A stretch of 64,000 nucleotides of DNA, from assembly GCA_026025075.1 (NCBI GenBank), contig JAPEUI010000061.1, positions 1 through 64,000 of the forward strand. Direction: 5' to 3'. Origin of the DNA: Vezdaea acicularis. Taxonomy: Eukaryota. The notes beneath the pieces are model-generated. The model was given only the letters and a program-made list of their open reading frames with translations, was not told the origin of the DNA and made no database searches. Position numbers and translations under genes: made by a program. This document shows, one piece after another, positions 24,922 to 38,762 of this stretch; position 1 is the stretch's first letter, and the number at the start of each line of letters is the position of its first letter.

Positions 24922-25140
24922 ATGAAACCTACCCTCCTCCTCGCTCCCCTCCTACTCCTCTTCACCAGCCTCAGCGCCGCGCGCCCCACCCCAGATCCTG
25001 GCTTCAAGAAGGTGTGGCAAGATCTCAATACAGACTCTCGGCCCCCTGATCATCCGGAACCGTCATACATGACAGTTTGGAATAGCATACACGGCGATAA
25101 AAAGTCGACTGCTCTTCCAGACAAGAAGGGCGATAACTAA
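24922..25140 (+). CDS. Small secreted peptide precursor (72 aa)
   Basis: ACAATG start context; signal peptide MKPTLLLAPLLLLFTSLSAA; two internal P[DE]PxxxxVWxxxxxD repeats. Confidence 0.65.
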   Translation: MKPTLLLAPLLLLFTSLSAARPTPDPGFKKVWQDLNTDSRPPDHPEPSYMTVWNSIHGDKKSTALPDKKGDN

Positions 25141-25553
25141 AAAGTGGCCTCGATTGACGTACACGAAGCTATCCGAGGGCTGGTTGGGGGTAAATGGCAG
25201 AGTGAAAATGAGTTGCGCAGAGTTAATTATGCCGGTCTTCTCGGATGAGGCGGGTTAGGCTTAGGCGTCGGACAGGGAAGGAGGTCTTGGAGGTTTGGTT
25301 GCAGGTTCATGGGGGATCGGGAGGTTGATTGATACTGTCCAGCCTTTCCACCCTGGCAATGATAGATTACATACGAAGCAGCCCAACTCTGGCGGGAAGT
25401 GAAGAAGGAAAGAAAGTATCATAAGGGTGATTCTATTTAGCTACACTACAGTCAATGAGCAATTATATGCAGCTACACCACGATCAAGGGGTTAAAGCTA
25501 TGTACAGCACGGCACCACATCCCCACGCCCTCACCACCAAAGCCCTTCGCCGT

Positions 25554-28086
25554 CTAAAACCGCAAATCCCAGCCAATCTTCGGCCCCAGTTTCGGCAGCT
25601 CATCCGCGACCGATTGCACATCCTTATCCCCTCTCCCGCTCAAACAGATAACAATATCCTCATCTGACCGCATTGTCTTTGCCAGCTCCAGCGCACCCCA
25701 AACCGCATGTGCCGTCTCCAGCGCGGGGATGATGCCCTCGAGTTGAGAAATGAGCCTGAAGCCCGCAAAGGCCTCGGCGTCGGTGGCAGAGATGTACGTT
25801 GCACGCGCACTATCTTTCCAAGAAGAAAGCTCGGGGCCAACGCCAGGGTAATCGAGACCGGCAGAAACGGAGTGAGTATCGCTGATCTGGCCATGGCTGT
25901 TTTGCAGAACGTAGGTGCGTACGCCATGGAGGACGCCTTTCGAGCCGCCGGAGAGAGTAGCAGAGTGTCTAGCCGTGTCCAGCCCATCCCCTCCGGCTTC
26001 GACGCCGATGAGCTTCACTGACAGGTCTTTTGAAAAGGGGTAGAACATGCCTACGGCGTTACTGCCGCCCCCAACGCACGCTACGACGGCGTCAGGTAGC
26101 TTGCAAAGCTGGGCCTGCATCTGGGCTTTCGTCTCGTTGCCGATCACGGACTGGAAGGTGCGTACGATAGTAGGGAAGGGGTGCGGGCCGATGGCTGAGC
26201 CGATGATGTAGTGCGTCGTTTTGAGATTGGTCACCCAGGAGCGAAGGGACTCGTTCACGGCGTCGCGGAGGGTGCGGGACCCGGATTCAACAGCGATTAC
26301 GGAGGCGCCTAGAAGCTTGATCCGAAACACGTTTAGGGCTTGACGGCGGACGTCTTCCTATTTTCTTTCAGAACGGTTTAAGAGATAAAGGGGAAGAGGG
26401 CGTAGCTTACGGCGCCCATGTAGATGGTGCATTTCATGCCAAACTTGGCGCAGACCGTTGCGGTTGCTACGCCGTGCTGGCCAGCGCCTGTCTCAGCAAT
26501 GATCTCGGTTTTGCCTAGTCGTCTTGCAAGCAAGATCTGACCGAGGGCGTTATTTATCTTGTGGCTTCCCGTGTGGTTTAGATCTTCTCGTTTGAGCCAG
26601 ATTTTGGCGCCGCCGGCGTGTTCGGTCAGTCGGTTGGCGAGATGAAGCTGAGACGGTCGGCCCATATAGGGGTAGTAGGAGCGGTATTCTTCCCAGAATT
26701 TAGGATCATCTATAGCTTTGCTAAAACCAGCTTCGAGCTCTACCATACAGTCCATTAGTGACTCCGGGATGTACTGACCACCGAATTCACCAAATCGAGA
26801 GGGGAGGACCTAGAGTAGTTAGTAGGTAATTCAGGAAGGGAGTAAAGAGGTGCATACTGAAGGGTCTACGTTCCCATTCGTATTCAGTGCCTCCAATTGA
26901 TCGGCGAGACCTGGCCCATTACCATTAGGGTGCTCTTTCACTACTTTATCCACAGTCACACCGTTTGGCTCTTTGGCGCCATTTACTGCTTCAACAATGC
27001 CTACCCCCCTTAAGTTGCCATTCTTATCGCTTCCCTTTCCTGTCAATACCCGGCAATACTCTTCAACCTTCAGTGCTCTTTGACCTTCCGGCGCTTCGGT
27101 GAGTATTGTGACGATTTGACTCCCAACTACTACGCCCTCTGCCAAAGATGACACTTTCAGGAAATCATCTCGGGTACTAACACCAAAGCCTACGGCAGCT
27201 GGTATGTCACCCGAATAGCGGTGTACGCGCTCCAAGAGCTCTGGTAGAGCAGAATCTAATGAGCCAGTCACACCAGTGACACCCATTCGAGAGACAACGT
27301 ATAGAAAGGAATCTGCAATCTTGCAGAGAAGTTTTAGCCGTGACTCGGAAGTCGAAGGAGCGAGTAATGGAACATATGATAGCCTACATATGTCACCAGC
27401 AATTATCAGTACAGTATTGCATCATGAAATCGCAAGATATTGAAATAGCCATACCCTCCCTTTGTGCAAAAGTTCCTAAACCTGACAGCTTCCTCGGGTG
27501 GCAAATCCACTATGATGAAGCCATTGACGCCTGCCTCTCGCGCATCCTTGATGATTTTCTCCTCGCCGTATATCAGCAAGGGGTTATAATACCCCATGAA
27601 CAGTATGGGTATCTTTAAGCCCCGTTTCCTTGCTTTCCGTACTGTTTCAAGGGTGGAAGTGACCGTGACACCATTTCGGAGAGCAATCTACGCCGTGAAT
27701 AAGCGCAATACTCCAAGTAAACGAGCCATGAGTAATTCTTACGGTATTGGCTTTCTGAATTGTGGGCCCATCAGCTATGGGGTCTGTGAAGGGCAGGCCG
27801 AGTTCGATGAGATCTTGAAACGGCTTGATTTAGCAATTGCGCTCGTGAGAACGGGTCAAGGCGGGGATCTACCAGATCCACCAGCTTGCAGCCCCAGCAT
27901 GATATCTATAGTCTCCTCCGTACTTGGATAGCCCGAAGTGACATAGCTCACCAATGCCGACTAATCGTCGTAACAAGGATCAGTAATTGCGGCGAATTGC
28001 CCCTCCACCCGTATAACGTTGGAATGCAGATAACTCACCCTGTGGTCTTTCTTGCATTGCGCAAATGTGCTTTTGATTGCCTCCAT
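25554..28086 (-). CDS. TRP5: Tryptophan synthase (fused alpha-beta)
   Basis: Alpha part: [38 protein letters not shown]. Beta part: [49 protein letters not shown]. Multi-intron. Confidence 0.96.
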
Positions 28087-28214
28087 GGTGAAGCAGAAAG
28101 ATGCCGAGACAGCGAGCCTAATTAGGGGATTCCTGGCTCACAATTCGCGGGGAGCGGGAAAGATAGAATCTTTGTATTGATCTCCGAATGCGGGCCGAAC
28201 TTTTTTCTTTTCAT

Positions 28215-28221
28215 TGAGTCA
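28215..28221. promoter_or_regulatory. Gcn4/CpcA response element TGAGTCA upstream of TRP5
   Basis: Perfect TGA(C/G)TCA ~130 bp upstream of the TRP5 ATG at 28086. Confidence 0.6.
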
Positions 28222-28632
28222 TCAACTCCTCGGCACCACGGACACCCGCCAAGCTCATTAGACCGCACAAACAAATGTGCAACAAAGACATGTGTTTCAG
28301 GGCATTCGACAGGATATACAAGCCAATTGCACTTAATTTTATATAGAACCATGGCAATGCACGTATTTCTTCCCGATAAGTGGACGCTTTCAAAGGACCT
28401 TTCGACAGAGGGTTGAGCACGATCCTGTTCAGGGAGCTTGTCTGAGTGAAGATTTACTATCAACATTCAAGAAATCTGGAACAGCATCTTACACGCTACC
28501 TCCATGCTTCAGAACAAGCCAGTCAATTTCAACCCGCTGTGCAAGAGACAAGTAATAGTGGAGATGATGAACCCGCGCCTTCCGCACTGCACCTATCAAT
28601 GACAGAATGCTCCTCATCAGCCACTCCAAAGC

Positions 28633-31600
28633 TCAAGCCGTAGCCACATTCAACCTTGGCTGGTTGGACTCCAGCCGAGTTAGAATCGAGCTCTCCATCC
28701 CACCCGCCCCAAGGTCCGCAAGCGCCTTAAGTCGCTTTCTCCTTGCAGCCCCTGTTCTAGCCTCGGCTCCCGCTCGCCCTTCGTCGACAAACTCAATCTT
28801 GTCGATTTTGAAACTCATCCCGTCATGATTGTTACCCCAAGAGCGAGAGCGCATGCCATTCTGGACGGTTGCGCCGTAGCTTTGCAAAGGCGGTAAGATG
28901 CGAATCGTAATATGGAGATCCAAGTTTCTTTGCGGTATTAGGGGGACTGGCGGGATCGCATCCAGTCGCATTGGGCCTCCCTTGTCGGCACTCTCTAAGG
29001 TCGGGTTTCGTGCCTTCGAGGTGGAATTTGCTGGGGCAGATGTTCCTGCATCCTTCCCAAGATCAAGTTGCGACACATCGACTTCATCTCCCCACTCCCC
29101 TCGGATCCAACCGGCATGTATAGAGGCGGCCAAGATGTCCGAGTCATCTGTATAGATCTCGCTTCCCCAGACTGCTCGACGTCGAGTTATCTCTTCTCTG
29201 TTGTGCGCGAGCAGATAGAAGCGAGGGACGCGAACCATGAACAGACAGTTTTCTCGACCTTGGAAACGTGGGATAGGATTGGGTGTAGTGGCAAAGCCGA
29301 ACTTTAGATGGCTCGGCGCAGAAGAAACTGTAAGTCGAGGTGCATAGAGCATTGAGCCAAGATGGTACCGAGGAAGAAGGGCGACGCTAGCCAGCAAGGA
29401 CTGGGATCTGACCGTTGTTGTAGCCTTACGAAAGGGTGGAGCGGCGACCACCATAGGAGTTCTTGTCCTCGCTATCTCGGCCTTGTTATTATGGTGGTAG
29501 TGGTGATGAGGGTGATGTGGATGATGGTGGTGGTGATGGTGACTTCCACCTGCTGATTGGGGAGTCGAGCTTCGCTTGGTCATGCCCAGGCCAGTCAGTG
29601 GACTAGACAGAGTAGCGGAGGACATTGTCAAATCGTCTTCTGCCTTGTGGTGATGATGGTGATGACTGGAGAGAAGTTAGCTTGAGATTCACGGAGTGGC
29701 TTAACAAGGATTGAACTAACTGATGAGGTCCGATATGATGATGGTGATGGCCATGTTTGGGTCGTTTAGCCCGGCCATTTACGTTGCTCGGCGAACCTCT
29801 TCCATCTCCGCTCTCACTACTCATCTTGCTATCATCATCACCAATTTTTCTACCACGCTTTCCGCCTCTTGACGATGTTCGTCCCATCGTCAAAGTCCCA
29901 CTGTCAGCATTCGCTCCGTCACCTGTCATTTCCCCATCCTTCCCAATGGGGCTTCTAGTAGCTTGGGCATCAGATCCAGTCATGGCAATGCCCGGACTTC
30001 TTATCCCACTCCCCACTCCACTTCCGATACCAGAGAACATGCGACCAAACTCGCTTTTGATGCCTGGCTCTTCTCCTGGGCCACTAATCTGGGCTTGTGC
30101 GCCTTGAACGGCCTGTGGCAAAGGCGATATACGGCCCCCTTTCTTGCTCAAGTCTTGGTTGATACCTAGGAAGCCCCGTTGCTGTTGTAGATGACTTGCG
30201 TCTTCGCTTGCCCGCCTCTGGAGGGGCTCCACGCTCATACTACCTCCGCCCAGCGATGGACCTGGTTGTGATAAATTTTGACGCCTACGATCCAACTCGT
30301 ATTCTTGTTGTAGCTGAGATAGCTGTTGTGGGTGCATTAGCGCTCCGGGATTAGCGTTGTTATGGCCATTTTGGATCGAGTTTGGTGTCTGTTGAGCTGA
30401 TACGGAAGAATATCCAGGATAACGCCCTGAAGGGGATCCTGGCTCCATCATGGAAGATGGCTCTCTATGCCTCGTCTCTGGAGATTTCTGCTGGGAAGGG
30501 CTATGGTATTGATATGTCCTTGGTGCCTCGCGCGAAAGGTAGGGCGGTGGCGCTTGGTGTGATGGAGAATATGCAAGAGGCGACCCGGAAGTGACGGCCT
30601 TCCTTAGAGCCCCCCTCTCCCTCTCCCGTTCTACTTGATCCCTCTCTATAGCTAATGCCCGGTCTCTATCGCCGTAACGGCCTAATTCTTTGTTTGCCAA
30701 TCCATGACCATATCCTTGATCAAATGCAAACCGACGTGATCCTTCCGGGCTATTAGATTCGAAACTGTGATGGCTTCTTGGGGGGCCGTATCCGGCAGGC
30801 TGACTGCTTGGACGAGGTGGAAGTGCATTGTTTTCTTGTCGAAGTTGTCGGAACTGATCACCCTGGTTTGGCGCGGACGATGGCGCATATGGACTTTGGC
30901 CCTGGAAAGGTCTCAAATGTGGTAGGCTTTGGCGAGCAGGTTCAGGTGGTGTCCGCTGCGCGTTATGAAAAGACGAAAGACTGCCAGCAGGATTTGCTTG
31001 ATTATCCCTCGGCCCCTGCCCTTGGGCCTGTTGACTTCCGTCAGGCGTTTGTGCTCTCCGATACGGCGTATATTCTGGCCTCGACCTTTCCACTGCCATT
31101 TGTGGAGGCGAGCCTAACGTAATCGACGAGGTTTGGGGGCGTGGATGGAGAGTCTCGCCACCCAGCATAGACGATATGGACATACTGCTTCCTGCACGAG
31201 CCGATGATGAGGGCGCTGGAAGATCACGGTTGAGAGTGTACGACGATGCGTTGGTCTGCTGCATGTCTCGAGATAAAGGCGGTGGAAAACTGTGGTTGTA
31301 TCGATGATGGCTTTGAGGGGACGAAGGAGGCAGCATATGCCGGCCGTCAAATGGTGGGCCTGCTGGTTGAGGAGGTGCTTGCGCAACTAAATTTCCATCT
31401 ATGATTAGCAAAATACTTGGAAGCAGCCGGAGAGCTCTTTTGCAGCTGGATTAATTCTCGAAAAGCCCATCCGAGACGAAGGCAAGAGCAGTCTTTTTGC
31501 TCCAAAATCAAATTACGAAGGTTCAACCTCTTCGAACGCCTAAGTTACAACGATAAATGAAGGGCAAACTGACCATGGTATCCCGCCGGTGGACTTCCTC

Positions 31601-31640
31601 CTACACCGCCCGGGTCATGACCATCGTAGCGGCGCGACAT
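28633..31640 (-). CDS. RXT3: Rxt3-domain histone deacetylation protein (Rpd3L complex)
   Basis: C-terminal VWGSEIYTDDSDILAASIHAGW...DLHITIRILPPLQSY...SRSWGNNHDGMSF; long disordered N-terminus (SMSISSML, SEFGRMFSGIGSG) and His-rich tracts; ORFs 29603..31411 and 28633..29631 joined by an intron; start exon MSRRYDG tentative. Confidence 0.85.
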
Positions 31641-32835
31641 TGTAGATCCCTCTGGAGCGGCGACTACAAAGCATCCGGTATTCGAAAAGCGGATGTCACT
31701 GTCACGTCGAGTGCTTTTCAGTCGTGGAGGGACGCTGGCGCAAGGACAGCGTGCCAGCCCTGAAAGAGGGGGATGAAGATGAGAGGATTGCGCCCGGTGT
31801 GACAGCATCCGGATCGAGGGAAAGACGCTAAAGCGCAGGGATCGCGTTTAAAGTTGCAGGGATTTCGCTAGCCGAACAGGCAGCCCCGACCATCATCTCA
31901 GCCGCATTGACATCAACCCCCAATTTTTATAGATGACGGAGGAATCTCAAGATGCCCCATCGTCATCTCACCAACACCATGTTCTCTCAAAAGACCTGCG
32001 CCATGTCTGTAGTGGTTCAGAAGGTCACAAAGAGCTATGACTAGTGTGTAGTAGTCGCAAGGCCAATGTGCATGCGTATGCGGTCATGGGTATGACTGCA
32101 GGAGAATCTCCCCCTTCCTCGCTAAAGCAGCTACAAATACCACCGATATCAAAGCTCCACATCCCCATAGCGATTCAATTGAAATTTGGCAATCCCCCTA
32201 GTGCTTGTTAAAGCGTAATATCGTCCAACAGAGAATGTAGAAGTCAAGGGCGAAATTACAAAGCGCACGCTACATACAAAGCCTGCGAATCAGCCTCGTT
32301 TAGGTACTAGAGCAAATCTACACTCATGGAAAAGCTCAAGGCATGAAGATCTAGAAATCTCTGGACCCGTATTGCATCAGAAGGCAAGCAAGTAATAGAA
32401 CAACTACCATGTATCGTATGGTGGCCTACAGCCCAGCCTAAAGAAGATATCTACAGAGTGCAGATATCTATCCGACTTGAAGCTGCAATCGGTACGGAAC
32501 CTCAGAAATCGCGTTGCGTGGGCAAACGCGCGGAGGTTTACGAGCGCGAGGCTATGGTGCTTTGTCACTGTATGTTGCGGTGATGCCAAAAGCTTTTCAG
32601 CGTTCATGACAGGTTGGCACAAGGGAACATCAGCAAATGGCTGACGTGTATGTTCAAGAGCAGCAACAGATGATTCATTAGCACGAGGTGAAGTGCGAAT
32701 GCAAGAACGAAAAAATAACAATGTCTTTTCATGACAAAGCAACGGAATTGCCACCTAGACAGAGGTTGGGAAGCTCACGAAGCCCAACAACCGACAAAGC
32801 TTTTGACCCACTATACCACGCTCAATGCTAGATAC

Positions 32836-33670
32836 TTAATACCTCCCCCTTCCTCTCCCCCTCCCATACCCTCCTGCACCGCCAGGACCTTCAGGTAGCC
32901 GCTCCCCTCTCCGCCATTCCCCGCTCGGCAAGCTGGACCCACCCATCGAGCCAAAACCACCTCTCGGCGCTCCTCTTCCCCTATAGCTCCCATATCCATT
33001 CTCCCTGGGCCCACTGACACCTCTCCCGCCTCCATAATCGCCCATCCGCCCTCCTCTTGTCCCGGGTCCACTTGGCGGTGGGGCCACGCTCCCGTTGGGC
33101 CCCGGTGGGAAGATCGCACAGCTCACATAGTCGCCAATGACGAAGCGTGCATCCTGCAGCGTCTTCTCTGGCTCACCACCTAGCTCTCCTGCCATCTGGC
33201 CTCCTGCGACTATAGCAGCTTCCTCGTCGTCAGGGAGGATCCCTGGACCCCCAGCGCCGATGACAACGCTTCCCAGCTCTTTTGTCGAGAAGCGAGCAGG
33301 GCCACCGCGTGATATATCACGGGTGTCTGGGAAGATGAGGCGGTAAGAGAGGCGCGTGCCGATTGCTGGATCGGGGAGGAGATTTGGAAGGGCGCTGGTT
33401 AGGAGATGGGATAGTTCGCGGAGGGTGCAGGTTGGCCAGGTGTAGATCTGGAGGTGTGGAGGTAGTTCAGAGGAAGGTGTCGAGGGGTTTGTCGAGGAGA
33501 AGTCTTCAATTCTATGAGAATACTGTCAGATGATTGGGCTTGAAAATGGAGGGATAGGCTCGAGTGTATGCACACCTATTGAATCCTCCACTCCTATAGA
33601 AGAGCTTGAGGTGGAAGGGCGTCGTGGTCTGGCGGTCTATGCGACCACCTGGGCCCGTTTGCAACGCCAT
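32836..33670 (-). CDS. SAP18: Sin3-associated polypeptide SAP18
   Basis: IDRQTTTPFHLKLFY, intron, LQIYTWPTCTLRELSHLL, RLSYRLIFPD, KTLQDARFVIGDYVSCAI, RGG-rich tail. Confidence 0.9.
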
Positions 33671-34005
33671 TAAAGATATGGAAGCTCAATTTGTGAAGGA
33701 TGCTGAAGGATCTGTACACACCATCTTAGGATGCTGCGCGGATACTATGTGACAGAAGGTCCGACAAGGTGCCATCGCAAATTCGGTTCAGACCAGAACA
33801 CGAAATCCAAACCTCGGTTTGCGCATCCAATCAAGTCACGGCCGCTTCTTCCCTGCCAATCCTTCCCACTTCATTCTACGTATTATAAGCCTCACAACTG
33901 ATCGAAAATCCAGGACTTCTCAAGAGGTATCTTAGATCTAAAAAAGTTCTTACCGCCTGCTATCCCGCACTTTCTCAAAGATTAAACTCACTTCTCAACG
34001 CAGCT

Positions 34006-35110
34006 ATGGATTTCGCATCCCTAATGTCCTCTGCCATCTCCTCGGCCTCCTCCCCCCAAGCCAAAGACCAAAAATTCCTCAAACGATCCGAAGCTGAAGC
34101 CGCACGAGAAGCGGCCTACCGTGCAGAGCAAAAAGCGGCTGCAGATGCCAAAGAAGAGCGCTTACGCAACAAACGCAAGCGTGAAGAAGAGGAAGCCGAA
34201 CGCGAGCGAGTTCGCGACGAGAAGCGCAGAAGGCTCGCCGAGGAAAGTCGAAAGCGGAGAGAGGAAGAGCAGCGGGAAGAAGAGAGGAAGCGGCGGAAGA
34301 GGCTTGGACTGCCGGAGCTGGTCGAGAGCAAGAGTAAGGAAGGGAGCGCAGAGGCAGGAGAGGATGACATACCGGATGAGGAGCTGATTGCAAAGCTGAG
34401 GGAACTAAAGGAGCCGGCAAAACTGTTTGGGGAGAGCCATAGGGCACGCCTTCGACGATATCGGAAAGCTCAGACGCCCATGACCACAGGGCCAATACCG
34501 ACGTCGCTGCAGCTAGTCTTGGAAGCTGATATGAAAGTCACGACTGTCCCCAAGGATGCTGAAGGGCGGCGATACTTGTTCCGGCAGCTCGCGTCATACT
34601 TCACTCTCGTGCTGCAGGAGTGGCAAGAAGGCCTAGACAAGCGACCTCTTGATGTGAAGGAGAGCCATCAAGGGAAATTGGCCTATAATGCCATGGTGCA
34701 GTCGAGAGAGAACATGCGGCCGCTGTTCAGAAAGTTCGAAAGGGCAGAGCTGGAGGACGGGATATTAGAGCCTGTGGTTGAGATCGTGAGGGCAGCTCAG
34801 GAGAGGCGGTATGTCGACGCTAACGATGGGTACCTAAGGTTAAGTATTGGAAAAGCGTAAGTGTAGTCCACTTGGTTGATCTATTGGTGATGGGAGAAGC
34901 TTGTGCTGATTTGAACTTAGGGCATGGCCAATTGGTGTCACCATGGTGGGTATTCACGAGCGGAGCGCAAGAGAGAAACTACACGAGAGTGAGACAGCGC
35001 ATATTATGAGCGACGAGGTGACGAGGAAGTTCTTGCAGAGCATCAAGAGGTGTCTAAGCTTCGCACAGACAAGGTGGCCGCCGGAGGATCAGTTGCAATT
35101 GATGGGCTAG
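34006..35110 (+). CDS. PRP18: Pre-mRNA splicing factor Prp18
   Basis: LRELKEPAKLFGE; ANDGYLRLSIGKA, intron, WPIGVTMVGIHERSAREK...QSIKRCLSFAQ. Confidence 0.93.
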
Positions 35111-35311
35111 TGTAGAGCAGCCCAGACCATTCAATGCGTTCAACAACTACCAAGATCAGATTGAATATGGGGTTAGCACCTGGCTGCTCCATTTTCTCCC
35201 CTACATGACTACTCGTCGCCCCAGTATCAAAAATCAAGCATCCAGGGGTACGACGGAATGAGATTACAGGGCCCTTATAGATGCAACATGCGAACGCCGC
35301 TAGCAAATGCC

Positions 35312-38300
35312 CTACACATTTTCAAAGAAGAAAGTTGGTTGTCCTGGCACAGCACCCTCCGCTACCTGTGGCAATTTTTTTCCTTCATCGACTTGCTCCA
35401 CAGTAACTTCTATGCACCCTGTAGTCCGTTTTAGACCCGGCACCATTTCGAGTAGTACTTCGATCTCGTCGAAAGCTAGCTTCCTCTCAAACACGACGTT
35501 CGGCCCTTCGCCTGCAAGAAGTCTCTTCTTGAGACCCTGGACAAAAGGCATTGCCTTTTTCATCTCACCCATCTTCGCAATCTTAGGGTTCAGAGCTTTG
35601 TCGTTGAGACTGGTACCATCAAAGGCCTCACGAACGAGGTCGATGTATTTTTCTTGCCAAGCAGGATATTTGGAAGCTGCGAAGATAGTGAGACGTTTAG
35701 GAAGCTTGGGGTCAAAAGCGACGTTCTTGCCCTTGTCTTTCTTTTTTTGCTGTGATGCCTCGGCGGAGGTAATATTTGAGCTAGTGATACGAACATATTC
35801 GCGAGCGGCCGAAAGGGAGGGACTAGACGCAGAGACTTTGGGGAACTTGGCGTCCTGAATGGTGGTTGACTACTGGTGTTAGCAACAGAACAGGGGTTGA
35901 GGTATGAAGCCTTTACCTTCCCAAGAACTTCGAGCCAAATGTATTCAGCCCAATGCGGTGCGATAGGGGTCAATAGTAGGGCTTGCAACTCGATGTACTG
36001 CAAGACGAGCTCCTCGTGCATACCAATACCTGCTGCGGCTGTTGCTTCTCGATAGAAGTCTCGGGAGCCTGTGAAATCATATAAGGCGCCTTTGAGAGCT
36101 AACTTATACATAGCGCTTTCATATTGCTCCACACAATCGTGCACAAGCGCCCTCAGCTCGTTTTCGAAAAGCCTATCCCAGAAGCTGTCCTTTGATCCCT
36201 TCCTTAGCTTGTCCTTGTTCTGCACCATGTCTTCACACCACTCCTTCAACGTGAAGAGTCGAAGAATACTGCTGTTTGCCACAGCTTCTTCAAAATTCGC
36301 ATCCTCGATTCCATCACCTGCGTCCGCAAGCGCTATCCTCGTTGCGTCTGCACCGAACTTTTTACAGACGTCGTCCATGGTCATGAAGTTTCCTTTCGAT
36401 TTGCTCATTTTCTCACCGTTAAGCATTAGGTGGCCATTGGCACGGACACCTTGTGGCCAGTATTCCTTCGGGAAAAGTGCAATGTGTATGTACAGGAAGA
36501 AAGTCAGATGATTGGGAATCAAGTCCTTCCCTGATACCCGCAAGTCTAGAGGATACCAGTATTCAAATTCTCTCCTCATTGTTTCGAGCGAACTTCTGCT
36601 AATCCCACTCTTCGAGAGAGTCTCCTCGTCTAGCTTTCGACGGGTGAAAACATAATCCCATACTTCATCAATCATCTGATCAGGTTTGACACTTGCTGGG
36701 CCAGGCTCCACACCAAATATATCTTTGTGAAGAAGATGAGCAATGGTATAGTAAGCCATATATATCGTGCTATCGCTCAGACTTTCAACCAAGAACTGCG
36801 GGTCAAATGGTAATTTTGAACCCAGACCATACGTCCTAGCGCATGCCCATTTGTTCAACCATTTGATAGTTTCTTCGAAGTTGCGCCTTGTCTCCGAGGT
36901 GTATGTATCCAGCCCCTTATCAACCCATCCTAGTGTAGTATCCCGCCATTCAGCATCATCTTCACCATAGTTGAGAAACCACTGATTTAATTTTGCTACG
37001 ACACACTCGTCGGAAGAGCGGCTAATGACAAGATTCTCTGGTTCGGAGTACTCGAATAAGTCTCCCTGCTCCTTAAGGTCTTTGATAACTTTCGGCTTGG
37101 CATCGCTAACTTTCTGACCTTTATACTTTCCAATGACCATTACTCCTTGATAGAACCCCTCTTTATAGACGAGAGCCTTTGCTTCTGCGAGCTGCTTTAC
37201 GTCTTTCGGTGAATTGATCTTCAGCTTCTTAATAAGAAATGGCGCCGACAAATCTCCATAAGATGGTGTCTTAATAATTGGAGAGATCTCTAACTCAGCC
37301 CATTCTTTCTTGATGGCGTAGTAGTCGGCCTTCTTTGCCAAGTCTAGGACGGTAGCATAGTCATCCGGACTGTCTGAAGGGACTGAAGTTACAATCCCTG
37401 TTCCTTTTGTCGCAAGTACTGTTTCCATTGGCAGGACTCTGACACTTTTGTGAATCGATAGAGGAGCATTGACTATAGAACCGATCAGGGCCTTTCCTAC
37501 AATATCTGAAATCTTCCTATAAACGCCAAAGTCCCAACTGAATATCTTTTGAAAAGCCATATTACGTGCCGCCCGTTCTGTCAGAATATAGTAAACGTCT
37601 TTTTGAGCTTGAAAAACTCCGTAGGTAATCTTTGAAGAAACAAAACAACAAGTCTGTCCGTACATCGTTTCGGGTCGTAAGGTTGCAGCAACAAGGTAGA
37701 TTTTTGCGCCGTCTGTGAGGTTAGGTCTCACTATTCTCTCTGCCTCTGCTGCCAACTCTTTGATCTCAAGTTTTAGTCCGCAATATTGTTGAGGGCCTAC
37801 TCCTTCACCTTCGCTCCTATCATGATCCATACAAGGTTGTCCATCTTTTGGAGAGTATATTGTCTCCCGTTCTCCATATCTGATTTTCCCAACCTCTTTC
37901 AGTCGATTCATTTGCCACCGGACAAAAGCATCATAGTAAGGGTTCGCAGGAGTGGTAACAAATGAGCGCCTCCAGTCTATTCGTGCACCAAAATTCGTGA
38001 GGTCGGTCTTACAGAGTGGAGGAAAGAACGTAAGCCAGTATTGGGGATCGGAAAATCTGTGCACTTCATTCAAAGGTATCCCAAGTGCTTGCATTATCTG
38101 GAATTGGTACTTCATGCTTGAGGCTTTTGTGACCATTTTGCCTTTCTTCGCCACGAATTTGGTAACATCGTCATGTGTTTCTGCTTGAGTGGGCGCAGGC
38201 AGTGGCGAGTCCTCCTTTTCCTCTCCGTATCGCTGAAATTCTTGGCCAAACAATTCAATTTCGCGAATCAATTTATCTGCACAAGCCTTGATTGGCATAC

Positions 38301-38762
38301 CCGTGCAATGAAACCCAAGGGGAAAAAGAGAGTTCTTCCCTTGCATTCTTGCGACGCCCGTAGTAAACTCGATCTTGCTGACTGTAAAACAATGCCCAGC
38401 ATGAAGTCGGCCATTCATATAAGGATATGCCATAGTGCCGAAGAACTTGGGATATTTAGCTCGCAAGTCTGCTGCAGAAATCGAGTCCAAGGGAGCCTGC
38501 CCAGCAGAAGGGGCATCTGGCTGAAAGACCCCGTCTTCTGCCCATTTTGCCTGGTATTTCTTCTCAATTGCAATAAGAACATCTCTTTTTTCAGTCTATT
38601 CAGGTTCAGGCTTTGTGGTCAGTTTTAGAACAGGTCATGTACATATGAGAGCTAAGAACTCGGTGCATAGAGAGCATATGGACTAACATTTTCGAGTTTA
38701 ATGGTATTTTTGGCGTTGTTGCTCGGATCGGTAATAGAAGCTTCAGTTGTAGAAGTTGCCAT
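35312..38762 (-). CDS. CDC60: Cytosolic leucyl-tRNA synthetase
   Basis: YPYMNGRLHAGH (HIGH-type), CP1 editing domain ATLRPET/GTG/VPSDSPDD, KMSKS, C-terminal AVPGQPTFFFENV; introns near 38690-38597 and ~35916-35872. Confidence 0.96.
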
